DNA of 48,159 nucleotides, filler included, from Dirinaria sp. TL-2023a (taxonomy: Eukaryota), in NCBI GenBank assembly GCA_051941275.1. It is 2 parts of 2 records of this genome, joined end to end, with 100 filler letters (N's around TTAATTAATTAA, not from the genome) between each part and the next. Parts side by side here need not be neighbours in the genome. Positions count along the whole stretch, not along the records: positions 24,136 to 48,159 come from JAVEBF010000194.1; 1 more part is not named here. The stretch is one strand, 5' to 3'. Positions within the stretch are counted from its first letter, which is position 1. Every line of letters begins with the position of its first letter. The notes under the pieces are model-generated. The model searched no databases, was not told the DNA's origin, and saw only the letters and a program-made list of their open reading frames with translations. Shown one piece after another: positions 37,209-48,159 of this stretch. Both the position numbers and the translations under genes were made by a program.

Positions 37209-38435
37209 CTATGCCCCCACAGCTTGTAAAGATTTCACAGTTTCAACGACGCTTTCAGGCAAGCTTCTGAATTTGATACCGAGAATCTCTTTGGTCCTGG
37301 AATTGTCATACTTGTAAACGCCTGTACCAACAAGTCAATATTATTGCCATGCAGAAGATGAAGTCTTTATTTGCCTACCTTCTTCGGGATATTCGCCACC
37401 ATTGGTCTCTTCGGTAGGAAGCTTTGGCGTGAGATCCGGGAATGCATCACGAATGATATCTACAATCTCCCTGTTGCTATAGTGTCCGGCAGTCACGAAG
37501 AATCGTTTACCACCAGCCTCAGGAATTTCTGCGGCTCTAACGTGCGCCAGTGCTAGGTCGCGGACATCTGCCCAGATGAAGGTTACTGTCGGAGGAATTT
37601 CGTCCTTGGCTTTTCCCAACATGATGTCGCGAATACGCAGGTTCGACGTATTGAGTGCATCAAGATTATTCAGATAATGTACTATAGGACCCATCACGAG
37701 GGGAGGGTTACACTATGCGCGTTAGCGTGGAGGTCTTTTTCTATCTCTTCGAAGATCTTACTGTGACAAGATCAAAATTCGGTTTCTCATTCAGTACGAA
37801 GTCCCATGCCGCCTTTTCAGCAAGTGTCTTGCTTGCACGGTAACCGTTTGATGGGTCTTGGATTGCCTCTTCTTCAGTGATAGGGTCCCAGTCCTCTTCA
37901 GTATACACATGGCCAGGCCATGTACCTTTCCAAGGATTGATGATAGCTGCAAAAGAGCTCGTTATGACCTGGACAGGTCAGATTGGTATCGTCGCATTTA
38001 TGACAGATACAGGCTTACTACTCGAGTAACTGTAGGAGCGCTTTTCTTAATTGCTTTGAGAATACCGGTGGTTCCAATAATAGCCGGGTCAAGAAATTGT
38101 GTTTTCACATCTGTAACGTTGTAGTGAAAGGGTGAGGCAGTATGGATGACTTTCTCAAATGGTGGGTCAGATTTGACTGCTTCATCAAATGCGCCCTCTT
38201 TTGCAATATCTTCGACAATGGCGAAGTCTAGCCTGTCTTTCGGAGTATTTGCATGGGCATTTGCTATAGCCTTAGCTTTTCCCTCCGACCGAACTGTTGT
38301 CACCACCGAGTGGCCTTCACTCAGCAGTAAGTCCAGGATATGGGCAGCTATGAAGCCAGAGCCTCCTGGAATGCGTTAGCAGCACGATATAGTCAATAAT
38401 TGCCAAACATTACCGGTCAGGAGTATGCGACCCAT
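37209..38435 (-). CDS. NADPH-dependent aldehyde/methylglyoxal reductase (GRE2/ARI1-like extended SDR), 340 aa, 5 exons
   Basis: TGGSGFIAAH Rossmann motif, VIHTASPF, VITSSFAAI, YRASK catalytic motif, DVRDLALAH. Introns 38413-38366, 38018-37969, 37761-37713 and 37378-37322 give 1023 nt. Confidence 0.92.
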
Positions 38436-38860
38436 GGTGTTATTCGACCCTAAAAACCTAATGTAACCCGTTTCCGGTGGACCAAATTAACTACGAGACT
38501 GCGAGGAGTTTTGTTGAATATTGAACGGGTAATGAATTACTATGGCAAGGGAATATCCAAGGGATGCATGTTTCTTTTAAGTACTTCAGGTCATATTCCT
38601 CCCTCATGACGTTATTGCTTTGGATCATATCACCGTTATCTCCGGCGGAGAATGGGGACGGAGCTGAACGGTGACAGGATTTAAGAACGAAGAACATGTT
38701 CTGGCCACGGACCGGATGTTAATAAGGGATTGTGGGGACAACTTGAAGTCAGAACAGTGTGCATACTTGTTGGGGGTAGAAGTTAGCCTGCAGTCCTATG
38801 TAACATGTGCAGAAGGCAGTTCTGTCAGTTCAATTGACTTCCAACAGAAGGCTGATCAGT

Positions 38861-39827
38861 CTAGCTTTGCTCCCTGTCATAAGTGGGAAGCGTTATACCG
38901 TGTAGACCTTTGTACGCAGCTGGCTGGGGCTCGAACCACCCCTCAAGGACCGCAGGGTCGGTGATGTTGTAGATTTCTACACCTAATGGGCGACAACAAT
39001 CGAGCATTTCGTCCTGCGCCTCTTGGTTCTTGTTCCAGCCCCATCGCGAGAGGTCGCCACCCGGACAGGTTGATAAAGCGCATAGGATATCTGTTTCCGC
39101 GAAAAACTCGAAATAGTCCTTTGTTGTGGCTGGACAAGGCTCCATGAAGTATTCCCCATTTTGGTTAAGTCCAGTTACTTGGAAGACGTTCAAGACATCG
39201 TGCACGTCGCTTTCCCAAAGGCCGAAAGGCATGATGGCGCGTGTTAGGTTTGAGTGGCAATGGTAATCGAAACCCTCTCCTGTAAGCATTTGATTGACGT
39301 ATGGATCGCAACGGGTGCCTATTGCATGTGAGAAGCCAAAGAATCTTATGGCAGCAGGACGTATTGACCTAGGAGATCATGGACTCTCCCGCCAACCCTA
39401 TCTACACCGTAATTGGACAAAGAGTCGGCGGTGATGGTGACTAATGGTCTCAAGTAAGGAAGACAAGACCATAGTCTATCGAAAGTCGTTACATGCGAAC
39501 GGTGGAGTTGCCTTTACATGTCAGCATCGATGTTTACGGAGGCAGGATTGCAAACCTTGTGCGAGCCGCCCAAAAGCGCTCCCGCGGGTTATGTAAGTGC
39601 CAGAGGTTGAGGTCTCCAACTTGAGGCCCAAAAGGGGTTGTCAATCTGCAAATGCTGCCCTTATGTACGATCCACGCTCGACCAGATCTTATTGGCACAA
39701 GGAATGATTCAATTAGCTCTCTCTCCGCAGTATCTGCGATTCTTGTATACAGCGTTCGATCCGCGTGCAATGGTGACCCATGTGATGCTTGATATGCGGG
39801 GGCTGGTGGATGCAATGTATCAACCAT
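38861..39827 (-). CDS. DUF1989 / urea carboxylase-associated family protein, 290 aa; exons 39827-39556, 39511-39369, 39318-38861
   Basis: Motifs GPQVGDLN.W, RERFWAARTRQLH, DRLWSCLPYLRP, HDLLGTRCDPY, HCHSNL, DVHDVLNVFQVTG, ALSTCPGGDLS, CCRPLGVE. Confidence 0.88.
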
Positions 39828-40597
39828 CCTACAATCAAATTTCAGGATTGTAAGCCCGAAGATGTAGAGCACAAGTGGCCTCAGGGACGTCGACTGCATG
39901 AAGCTCACCTGCTACAGCTAGGCTATGTAGACTGGACGAGTGTGATCTCGCCTAGTTTCACGGTTCGTAACAATAATTTGGGCCGCTTGTTGTTGCAAAA
40001 AGTTTATATATCTTTGCGCTCTGACGATCTGCCAACAAATAGAAGAAAAGCCAAATATATTCTGAGCTCGTTACAGTTAATGACCCTTGATGTTGATCTT
40101 AGAGCATTGCCGATGCTCTGAAGATCTCCTGACGCACGACGTAATGGCAGTTGATGACTTATCCCTCACTAACAAGCTCTTAGCCTCCTGACAGTACATG
40201 CCAGCATCTGCCTCAAGAGAGTATTCTCTTCTCGGTCAAGTCAAACCCTGGTTTTAGAGCTATTAGTAAACTTCAAAAATTCGGTTGGGGGAATACACCA
40301 AAAGCAGATTTGCTTTACAAAAAAGGGGTACGGAGGTACATAGCGGCTCTGTACTGAGTATTTTACAAGGATTACTGAGGTGAAATCCGAGAAGTCCGAT
40401 TTGCTGCGGTTTATATTCGGATAATCTTTTAGTGTTGTCGATCTCCCGATGATCGACTCACAGTTCTTGGCACCATGTCACTCAGCTCACATGCCGAGCA
40501 GAACAGTAACCCCTCTGACTGTAGAAGCAGCAGTTCCAGCACAGAACGAGACACAGATCATAATACAGACCAATCTCGGGTCGGAGATGCTTTAGAC

Positions 40598-43500
40598 ATG
40601 TCGGTACAAGGCTCTGATGCCTTGTTACGGACGTTCCAAGAGCTCAAACAAGCCAAGAATCAGGACCTGCGAAATCGAGCTTCATTAGAGCTCAACAGCC
40701 TGATTGCGACAGCCTCGAGAGGTAAGGTCATAAGCCTCTACCCTGGGCATCGCTAATTTTGTGTATAGAGCTACCCGCAGAGAGGTTTCAGGAATATTAT
40801 GCGACAGTCAATCATAGAATCGCTCAGCTTGTGGTAGCGAGCAACGATGTTAATGAAAAAATCGGAGGTATTCTCGCGGTCGAAGCTCTGATACGGTTCG
40901 ATGGCGATGATGCCGCACAGAAGACTGCGCGTCTTCTGGGTTTCCTCCGCGCTGCGCTACGAAGTAATGATAACACCGTGCTCATGTACGCCGCTCGCGC
41001 GCTCGGGCATCTTGCAGTGCCCGGCGGAGCCCTCACGGCTGAGCTTGTTGAAAGTGAGGTCAAGTCAGCGTTGGAATGGCTACAATCAGATCGGCAAGAG
41101 AGCCGAAGGTTCGCAGCTGTGCTCTGCGTGAACGAGCTTGCAAAGAATTCTCCGACTCTCCTGTACGCCTTTGTGCCCCAAATCCTTGACTGCATCTGGG
41201 TTGCCCTTCGCGATCCGAAGGTCTTAATTCGTGAAACTGCAGCGGAGGCGGTCGGCTCTTGCTTCGATATTATCTCAGCTCGCGACGCCGCCTTGAGACA
41301 GCAATGGTTCTCGAGAATGTACGATGAGACCATTCAAGGCTTCAAGAACGCCGCCAACATTGAGTACGTTCATGGCTCGTTACTAACGATGAAGGAACTT
41401 CTTCTCAAGGGCGGTATGTTCATGCATGAGCACTACAAGACCGCTTGTGAAGTGTGCTTGCGTTTGAGGGACCATCGAGAACCTCGGATTCGATCACAGA
41501 TTGTGATGTTGATCCCAATCCTTGCCGGCTATGCTCCTTCAGAATTTGCCGCGACGAATCTTCACAATTTCATGATTTATCTGCAAGGTCAATTGAAGAA
41601 AGACAAAGAACGCAATGCGGCCTTTATTGCCATTGGCAAGGTAGCCAACGCGGTTGGTAGTGCTATTGCCTCGTACCTTGATGGAATTATCGTCTTCGTC
41701 CGCGAAGGCCTTAGTGTCAAAGCGTGAGTAACTCCCATCAGTATAATTTCATTGCATGAATAACGTTATGCAGGCGAAACCGGATGGGCACAGATGAAGG
41801 ACCTGTCTTTCGCTGCATCAGCATGCTGTCCATTGCCGTTGGTCAGACTTTGAGCAAATACATGGAAGCACTCATGGATCCTATATTCGCTTGCGGTCTA
41901 AGCGAATCTCTAACACAAGCGCTTGTGGACATGGCTCACTATATTCCACCCATCAAGCCAATGGTCCAGGAGAAGCTCCTCAACCTCCTCAGTTTGGTCC
42001 TTTCTGGTCGTCCCTTCAAACCTTTGGGGTGCCCTAGCAATAAGCTCCCAGCATTGCCAGCATTTGCTAAAGACTTCAATCTTCAAGTATCTGAACACAA
42101 AGACTCGGAAATAGCTTTAGCGTTGAATACGCTCGGAACCTTTGATTTTGCCGGTAAGATTGAGCCTCCAGCACATTGAATTCCGTGTTCGATTTTTATG
42201 GGTACTAAACTGGCTTAATCATGTAGGACATGTATTAAACGAGTTCGTCCGAGATGTCGCAATCCGCTACGTGGACAATAACAATCCGGAGATACGAAAA
42301 GCAGCGGCACTGACCTGCTGTCAGCTATACATTCGAGACCCTATTATACATCAGACAAGCTTTCATGCCATCCGAGTAGTAGTCGAGGTCATTGAACGCC
42401 TACTCACGGTTGGAGTTGCCGATCCAGATCCAGATATCCGAAAGACGGTCCTGTTGTCACTAGATTCGAAGTTCGACCGCCACCTTGCCAAACCAGAGAA
42501 CGTACGGTCTATATTCCTTGCGATCAATGATGGAGATTTTGAGGTCCGACAGGCGGCGATGATGATCATTGGGAGATTGACCGGTGTCAACCCAGCATAT
42601 GTCTTCCCGCCTTTACGAAAACTGCTTGTCAATTTGATGACCGGCATCAAATCTTCCAAAGATCCAAGGCATGAGGAAGAGGGTGCAAGGTTGATCAGCC
42701 TCTTCGTCGCCAATGCCTCGCAGATAGTCAAGCCTTACGTGGATCCTCTAGTCAGGACACTGCTACCAAAAGCTACCGATCCCAATGTTGGGGTAGCTGC
42801 AACGACCTTGCAAGCGATCGGGGAGCTGGCTACTGTTGGAGGGACGGACCTGCTTCCTTACATACCGAAGCTGATGCCCACAATAATAGAAGCTTTGCAA
42901 GATCTCAGCTCGCAATCCAAGCGTGATGCAGCGCTACACACTCTTGGTCAGCTCGCGAGCAGCTCTGGGTACGTTATACAGCCTTACTTGGATTATCCGC
43001 ACCTGCTGGATATCTTGGTCAACATCACGAAAACAGAGCAGCAAGGCTCTCTGAGAAAAGAGACCATCAAGCTACTCGGGATTCTTGGAGCCCTCGATCC
43101 CTACAAGCATCAACAGATAATGGAGGCCTTCCCGGATCCTGGCCTACAGAATGAAGCTCAACCCGTTTCAGACGTTGCGATACTCATGTCTGGTCTTACA
43201 CCGGATCATGAGGACTATTACCCGACCGTGGTTATGAACACCTTAATGCAGACTGTCCTCAAGGATACGTCTCTATCGCAGTATCATTCTGCAGTTATAG
43301 AAGCCATTGTCACTATTTTCAAAACTCTAGGCCTAAAATGTGTTCCATTCTTGGGCCAAATCATCCCGAGCTTCATCACAGTCATACGTAGTGCGCCACC
43401 GACACGGCTCGAGTTGTATTTCAATCAGCTAGCTATACTGGTTTCTATCGTTCGTCAGCATATCCGACCCTACACCAAACAGCTGATTGACCTCGTCAAA

Positions 43501-46500
43501 GAGTATTGGTCAACGTCTCCTCAGATACAAGCGACCGTTCTGTCACTAGTCGAAGCTCTATCAAGATCTCTTGAGGGCGAGTTTGCAGGCTTCATTGCCC
43601 AGATATTGCCTCTTATGCTCTCTGTACTGGAAAAAGATAGTAACGTTCGTCGCGCCCCTTCGGAGAAAGTTCTGCATGCAATTCTTGTATTTGAACAAGG
43701 CGCGGAATACTATATGCATTTGATCATTCCAACGCTGGTACGCATGTTCCAGAAGTCGGCCAATCCTGTCAGCATTCGCCGAGCGGCGATCGATACCATT
43801 GGTAAAATCACTCGGGAAGTAAATATCACGGACTATACATCAATGCTGGTGCACAGCTTGGGTGATATTCTAAACGGCAAGGAGCAGCCTCTCAAGACAG
43901 CGGCTCTTGACTGTATCCAGGCTCTGATCTTCCAACTCGGCCACGAATACCTCCTGTTCAATAGTACAATTAAGAAAATCCTCGTCGCTAACCACATACC
44001 ACACCATAACTATGACCTCTTAGTCTCCAAGCTGCAGAAAGGGGATGACCTCCCTCAAGACTTAAGCCCAAACACCCACTACGGCGGGCTAGGAGATGAT
44101 TCGTCGTATGCGAACATAGACCAAAAGAAGTTGCCAGTCAATCAAGAACACCTGAAAAACGCGTGGGAAGCTTCACAGAAATCAACTCGCGAGGATTGGC
44201 AAGAATGGATGCGACGCTTCAGCGTCGAGCTTCTGAAGGAATCCCCGTCGCATGCCCTTCGCGCCTGTGCCGGCTTGGCTGGTGTCTATCAGCCGCTCGC
44301 TAAGGATCTGTTCAACGCGGCTTTCGTATCATGCTGGACAGAGCTCTATGAGCAGTATCAAGAAGACCTAATCCATTCTCTCGAAAATGCCTTGACATCG
44401 GCCCTTATTCCTCCAGAGATCCTACAGATTCTTCTCAACCTCGCAGAATTCATGGAGCACGATGACAAGGCTCTCCCGGTCGATATTCGAACGCTTGGTG
44501 TTTATGCAGCCAGATGCCACGCTTATGCGAAAGCGTTGCATTACAAAGAACTGGAGTTTGAAGAGAAGAAAACGCCGGGCACTGTAGAGGCGCTGATCTA
44601 CATAAACAACCAGCTGCAGCAAGGTGACGCCGCTGTAGGCATTCTGCGCAATGCACAGAAATATCGTGACATAGAACTGAAAGAGACCTGGTTCGAAAAA
44701 TTACAACGCTGGGATGAGGCTTTGCAAGCATACCAGAAGAGGGAGCGCGAGGACCCAAGATCGTTTGAAATCACCAAGGGTAAGATGCGGTGCTTCCACG
44801 CTCTTGGAGAGTGGGAGCTTCTTTCAAACCTCGCGGAAGAGAAGTGGAGCCTAGCCACCCTCGAGCACCGACGTGCCATTGCTCCTTTAGCTACCGCTGC
44901 TGCATGGGGCTTGGGCCAATGGGAGCTGATGGATAACTACCTTGATGCGATGAAGTCTCTATCGCCGGATCGGTCGTTCTTTGGAGCGATCCTAGCGATC
45001 CACCGTAATCACTTCGATCGAGCTGCTGAGCACATTGAGAAAGCTAGGGAGGGGCTTGACACCGAACTCGGCGCACTTCTTGGGGAATCATACAATCGTG
45101 CATACGGCGTCATTGTCCGTGTGCAAATGCTCGCAGAACTTGAGGAGGTTATTACGTATAAGAAGAGCGACGGGAATCCGATCAAGCAAGCGACCATGCA
45201 AGAGACATGGACTCGAAGGCTTTTAGGTTGCCAACGCAATGTAGAAGTGTGGCAGCGGATGCTCAAGGTTCGGAGTCTTGTCGTCCCTCCGAAGGATAAT
45301 ATCAAGATGTGGATCAAGTTCGCCAATCTGTGCAGAAAATCCGGTCGCATCGGCCTCGCAGAAAAGACACTTAGTGAGCTTCAGAGGGTCAGTTCTGGCT
45401 TGGACAGCAGCGATCCACTAGAAGGAGCTTCCGGTGTTCCCGAAGTGCTCTACGCGCAATTGAAATACCAGTGGTCCACCGGCCAGCAAGAAACTTCTTT
45501 AACAAGGTTAGGAGAATTCACCACGAAGCTTTCGGAGCAACTTGCCATGTATAGCGCCCACCAGCGTGAGCCACCTGTGACACTGCATGGCATGCCCTCC
45601 ATGGATACGCCTTTAGTTCAGTACGGCAACATCTCCAGTGGCCTGCCTCCATCTCCGCAGAAAAAGACAGATCCTCAAAATATTAAGATGCTTCTTGCGA
45701 AATGTTACCTCAAGCAGGGCGAATGGATAACCACCCTCAAGCACGGAGACTGGGAGTCGGAGCATGTTCACGATATTATTCAATCTTATGCGCATGCAAC
45801 GACCTATAACCCCGGTTGGTACAAGGCATGGCATGCATGGGCGTTGGCGAACTTCGAGGTAGTGACAGCAATCACCTCGCAGGCGAATAGAGAAATAGCA
45901 ATCCTACCACAGGCAGTCATTACGGATCATGTAGTCCCGGCCATACGCGGATTCTTCCGGTCTATCTCACTTTCCTCCAGCAGCTCCCTACAAGATACGC
46001 TACGGTTACTTACTTTATGGTTTGCCCATGGTGGAGATCACGAAGTCAGTGCAGCTGTGACAGAAGGTTTTCAAAGCGTCAGCGTTGATACATGGCTCGA
46101 AGTCATTCCACAATTGATCGCTCGTATCAACCAGCCCAACTCTCGTGTTCGACAGTCCATCCATCGACTTCTTGCTGAAGTTGGAAAGGCACACCCACAG
46201 GCTTTGGTTTATCCTCTCACGGTCGCTATCAAATCAACTGTGCCGAAACGCTCTGCATCGGCCATGCAGATTCTGGAAAGCATGAAGACACATAGTGCCG
46301 AGCTCGTTGAACAGGCGGAGCTTGTTAGCAAAGAGCTGATTCGAGTAGCTGTACTATGGCATGAGCAATGGCATGAAGGCTTGGAAGAAGCCTCGAGACT
46401 GTAAGTCAAAACGCCCTGTTTACGATTTGAGTTTCTAGATCAGAAGGCTTACTGAGTCAGGTATTTTGGTGACCACGATATCGAGGGCATGTTTGCGACG

Positions 46501-48156
46501 TTGGAGCCATTGCATGACTTGCTCAACAGGGTAAGCCTCAAAGAACCCAAGCACTCACTAGAAGCTCAAACTTCGCAGGGCTCCCATACGCTTCGCGAAA
46601 TCTCCTTTATGCAAGCGTTCGGCCGCGATCTTCACGAAGCGCATGAGTGGTGTGAGACGTATCGCACTACGCAGGAAATCGGCGATTTGAACCAGGCTTG
46701 GGATCTTTACTATTCTGTGTTCCGAAGAATTGCTCGACAATTACAGCACCTGATGCAGCTGGAGCTGACCTACGTATCACCCAAGCTTAAAGAAGCCAAG
46801 AACCTTGCACTGGCTGTACCGGGGACCTATCAGAGTGGCAAGCCAGTCATCCGGATCATGAGCTTCGACCATATCTTCACCGTTATCCCATCCAAGCAAC
46901 GTCCTCGCAAGATGACCTTGCGTGGCAGTGACGGCGTACCCTACACCTACGCTCTCAAAGGCCACGAAGACATCCGGCAAGACGAACGCGTAATGCAGCT
47001 CTTCGGTCTCGTAAACACCCTCTTAAACAACGACAGCGAATCCTTCAAGCGGCACCTGAACATCCAGCAATTCCCCGCCATCCCGCTCTCGACGCAATCC
47101 GGCCTGCTGGGATGGGTTCCGAACAGCGACACGCTGCACAACCTGATCAAAGATTACCGCGAAAAGCGGCGCATCCTGCTCAACATCGAACACCGGATCA
47201 TGCTGCAGATGGCACCGGACTACGACAACCTGACGCTGATGCAAAAAGTCGAAGTCTTCTCCTACGCCATGGACAACACAACGGGGAAAGACCTGTACCG
47301 GGTGCTCTGGCTGAAATCCAAGTCGTCCGAATCCTGGCTCGAGCGACGCACAAACTACACGCGGTCCCTGGCCGTGATGTCGATGGTGGGCTACATCCTG
47401 GGGCTCGGCGACCGGCACCCATCGAACCTAATGCTCGACCGCATCACGGGCAAAATCGTCCACATCGATTTCGGGGACTGCTTCGAAGTGGCCATGGCGC
47501 GGGAGAAGTACCCGGAACGGGTCCCGTTCCGCCTGACGCGCATGCTGACCTTCGCGATGGAAGTGTCCAACATCGACGGCAGCTACAAGCTCAGCTGCGA
47601 AGCCGTCATGCGCGTGATCCGCGAGAACAAAGAATCGCTCATGGCCGTCCTCGAAGCCTTCATCCACGACCCGTTGCTCAACTGGCGCCTCGGACGGAAA
47701 GATTCCCCGCCCGAACCCTCCTTCCCCAGCGAACGCCGCCAGAGCATCATCGGCGACCTCCCAGACCCCCAAACTACTCAACCCCAACTCGCAACCCAGC
47801 AGCAACAACAACAACAACAACAAAGAACCATCAGCGGCTCCTCGGCTTCTATCCGCAGCAGCGGCCGCAGGACATCATCCGCCGTAGGAGTCGAAAACAA
47901 CATGAACAACAACAGCAGCGGGGTCCTGCTGGACCCGCAGCAGCAGCAGGCTGGTGCCGGTGCCGCCGACGCGAAAGAAATCCAGAACGAGCAGGCGGTC
48001 AAGGTGCTCGCGCGCGTCAAGGAGAAGCTGCACGGGCGCGATTTCGGCGGGAAGGAGGACCTCGACGTCGAGCGGCAGGTCGCCAAACTCATTGCCCAAG
48101 CCACGAATGTCGAGAACTTGTGCCAGCATTATATCGGCTGGTGCAGTTTCTGGTGA
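40598..48156 (+). CDS. TOR: TOR serine/threonine kinase (PIKK family), ~2426 aa; exons 40598-40721, 40769-41723, 41774-42153, 42227-46400, 46461-46530, 46579-48156
   Basis: HEAT repeats, FAT domain (ALHYKELEF), FRB ([18 protein letters not shown]), kinase ([33 protein letters not shown]) and FATC ([14 protein letters not shown]). Five GT-AG introns give 7281 nt in frame. Confidence 0.98.
47797..47823 (+). repeat. CAG/CAA trinucleotide repeat encoding poly-Q within TOR
   Basis: CAG CAG CAA CAA CAA CAA CAA CAA CAA (Q9) between the kinase and FATC regions. Confidence 0.85.
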
Positions 48157-48159
48157 AAG

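Noticed and set aside
33710..39827. Co-oriented zinc-finger, GRE2-like and DUF1989 genes as a possible metabolic cluster
   Set aside because: No backbone biosynthetic enzyme, transporter or shared pathway logic; co-orientation alone is not evidence.
40824..48129. Numerous minus-strand ORFs overlapping TOR (and similar ones over anoctamin, SMP and the zinc-finger gene)
   Set aside because: Antisense shadows of well-supported genes, favoured by codon bias.

Overview
This is fungal (Pezizomycotina-like) genomic DNA with short GT-AG introns and CTRAC branch points, split by a 100-nt artificial gap (N44-TTAATTAATTAA-N44 at 24036-24135). The left part is gene-poor. It holds an SMP/LEA-type gene, a ~930-aa disordered orphan gene and two small secreted-protein genes, then a nest of LTR-retrotransposon relics (~20.2-24.0 kb). 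The right part is gene-dense: the 3' end of BUD13/CWC26, an anoctamin/Ist2-like gene, an ATL1 alkyltransferase-like gene with a 13-nt micro-exon, a conserved hypothetical gene, a degenerate tRNA-like element, a multi-C2H2 zinc-finger gene, a GRE2-like reductase, a DUF1989 gene and a complete TOR kinase. BUD13 and ATL1 are both missed by the ORF track. The most unusual signal is in the Ty3/gypsy relic: it is almost free of CC/GG dinucleotides while CpA/TpG and CpG remain abundant. This points to a RIP-like CpC->TpC hypermutation rather than canonical CpA->TpA RIP, and it stops sharply at nested insertions. All gene models were spliced by hand and family calls come from motif recognition; no database search was run.
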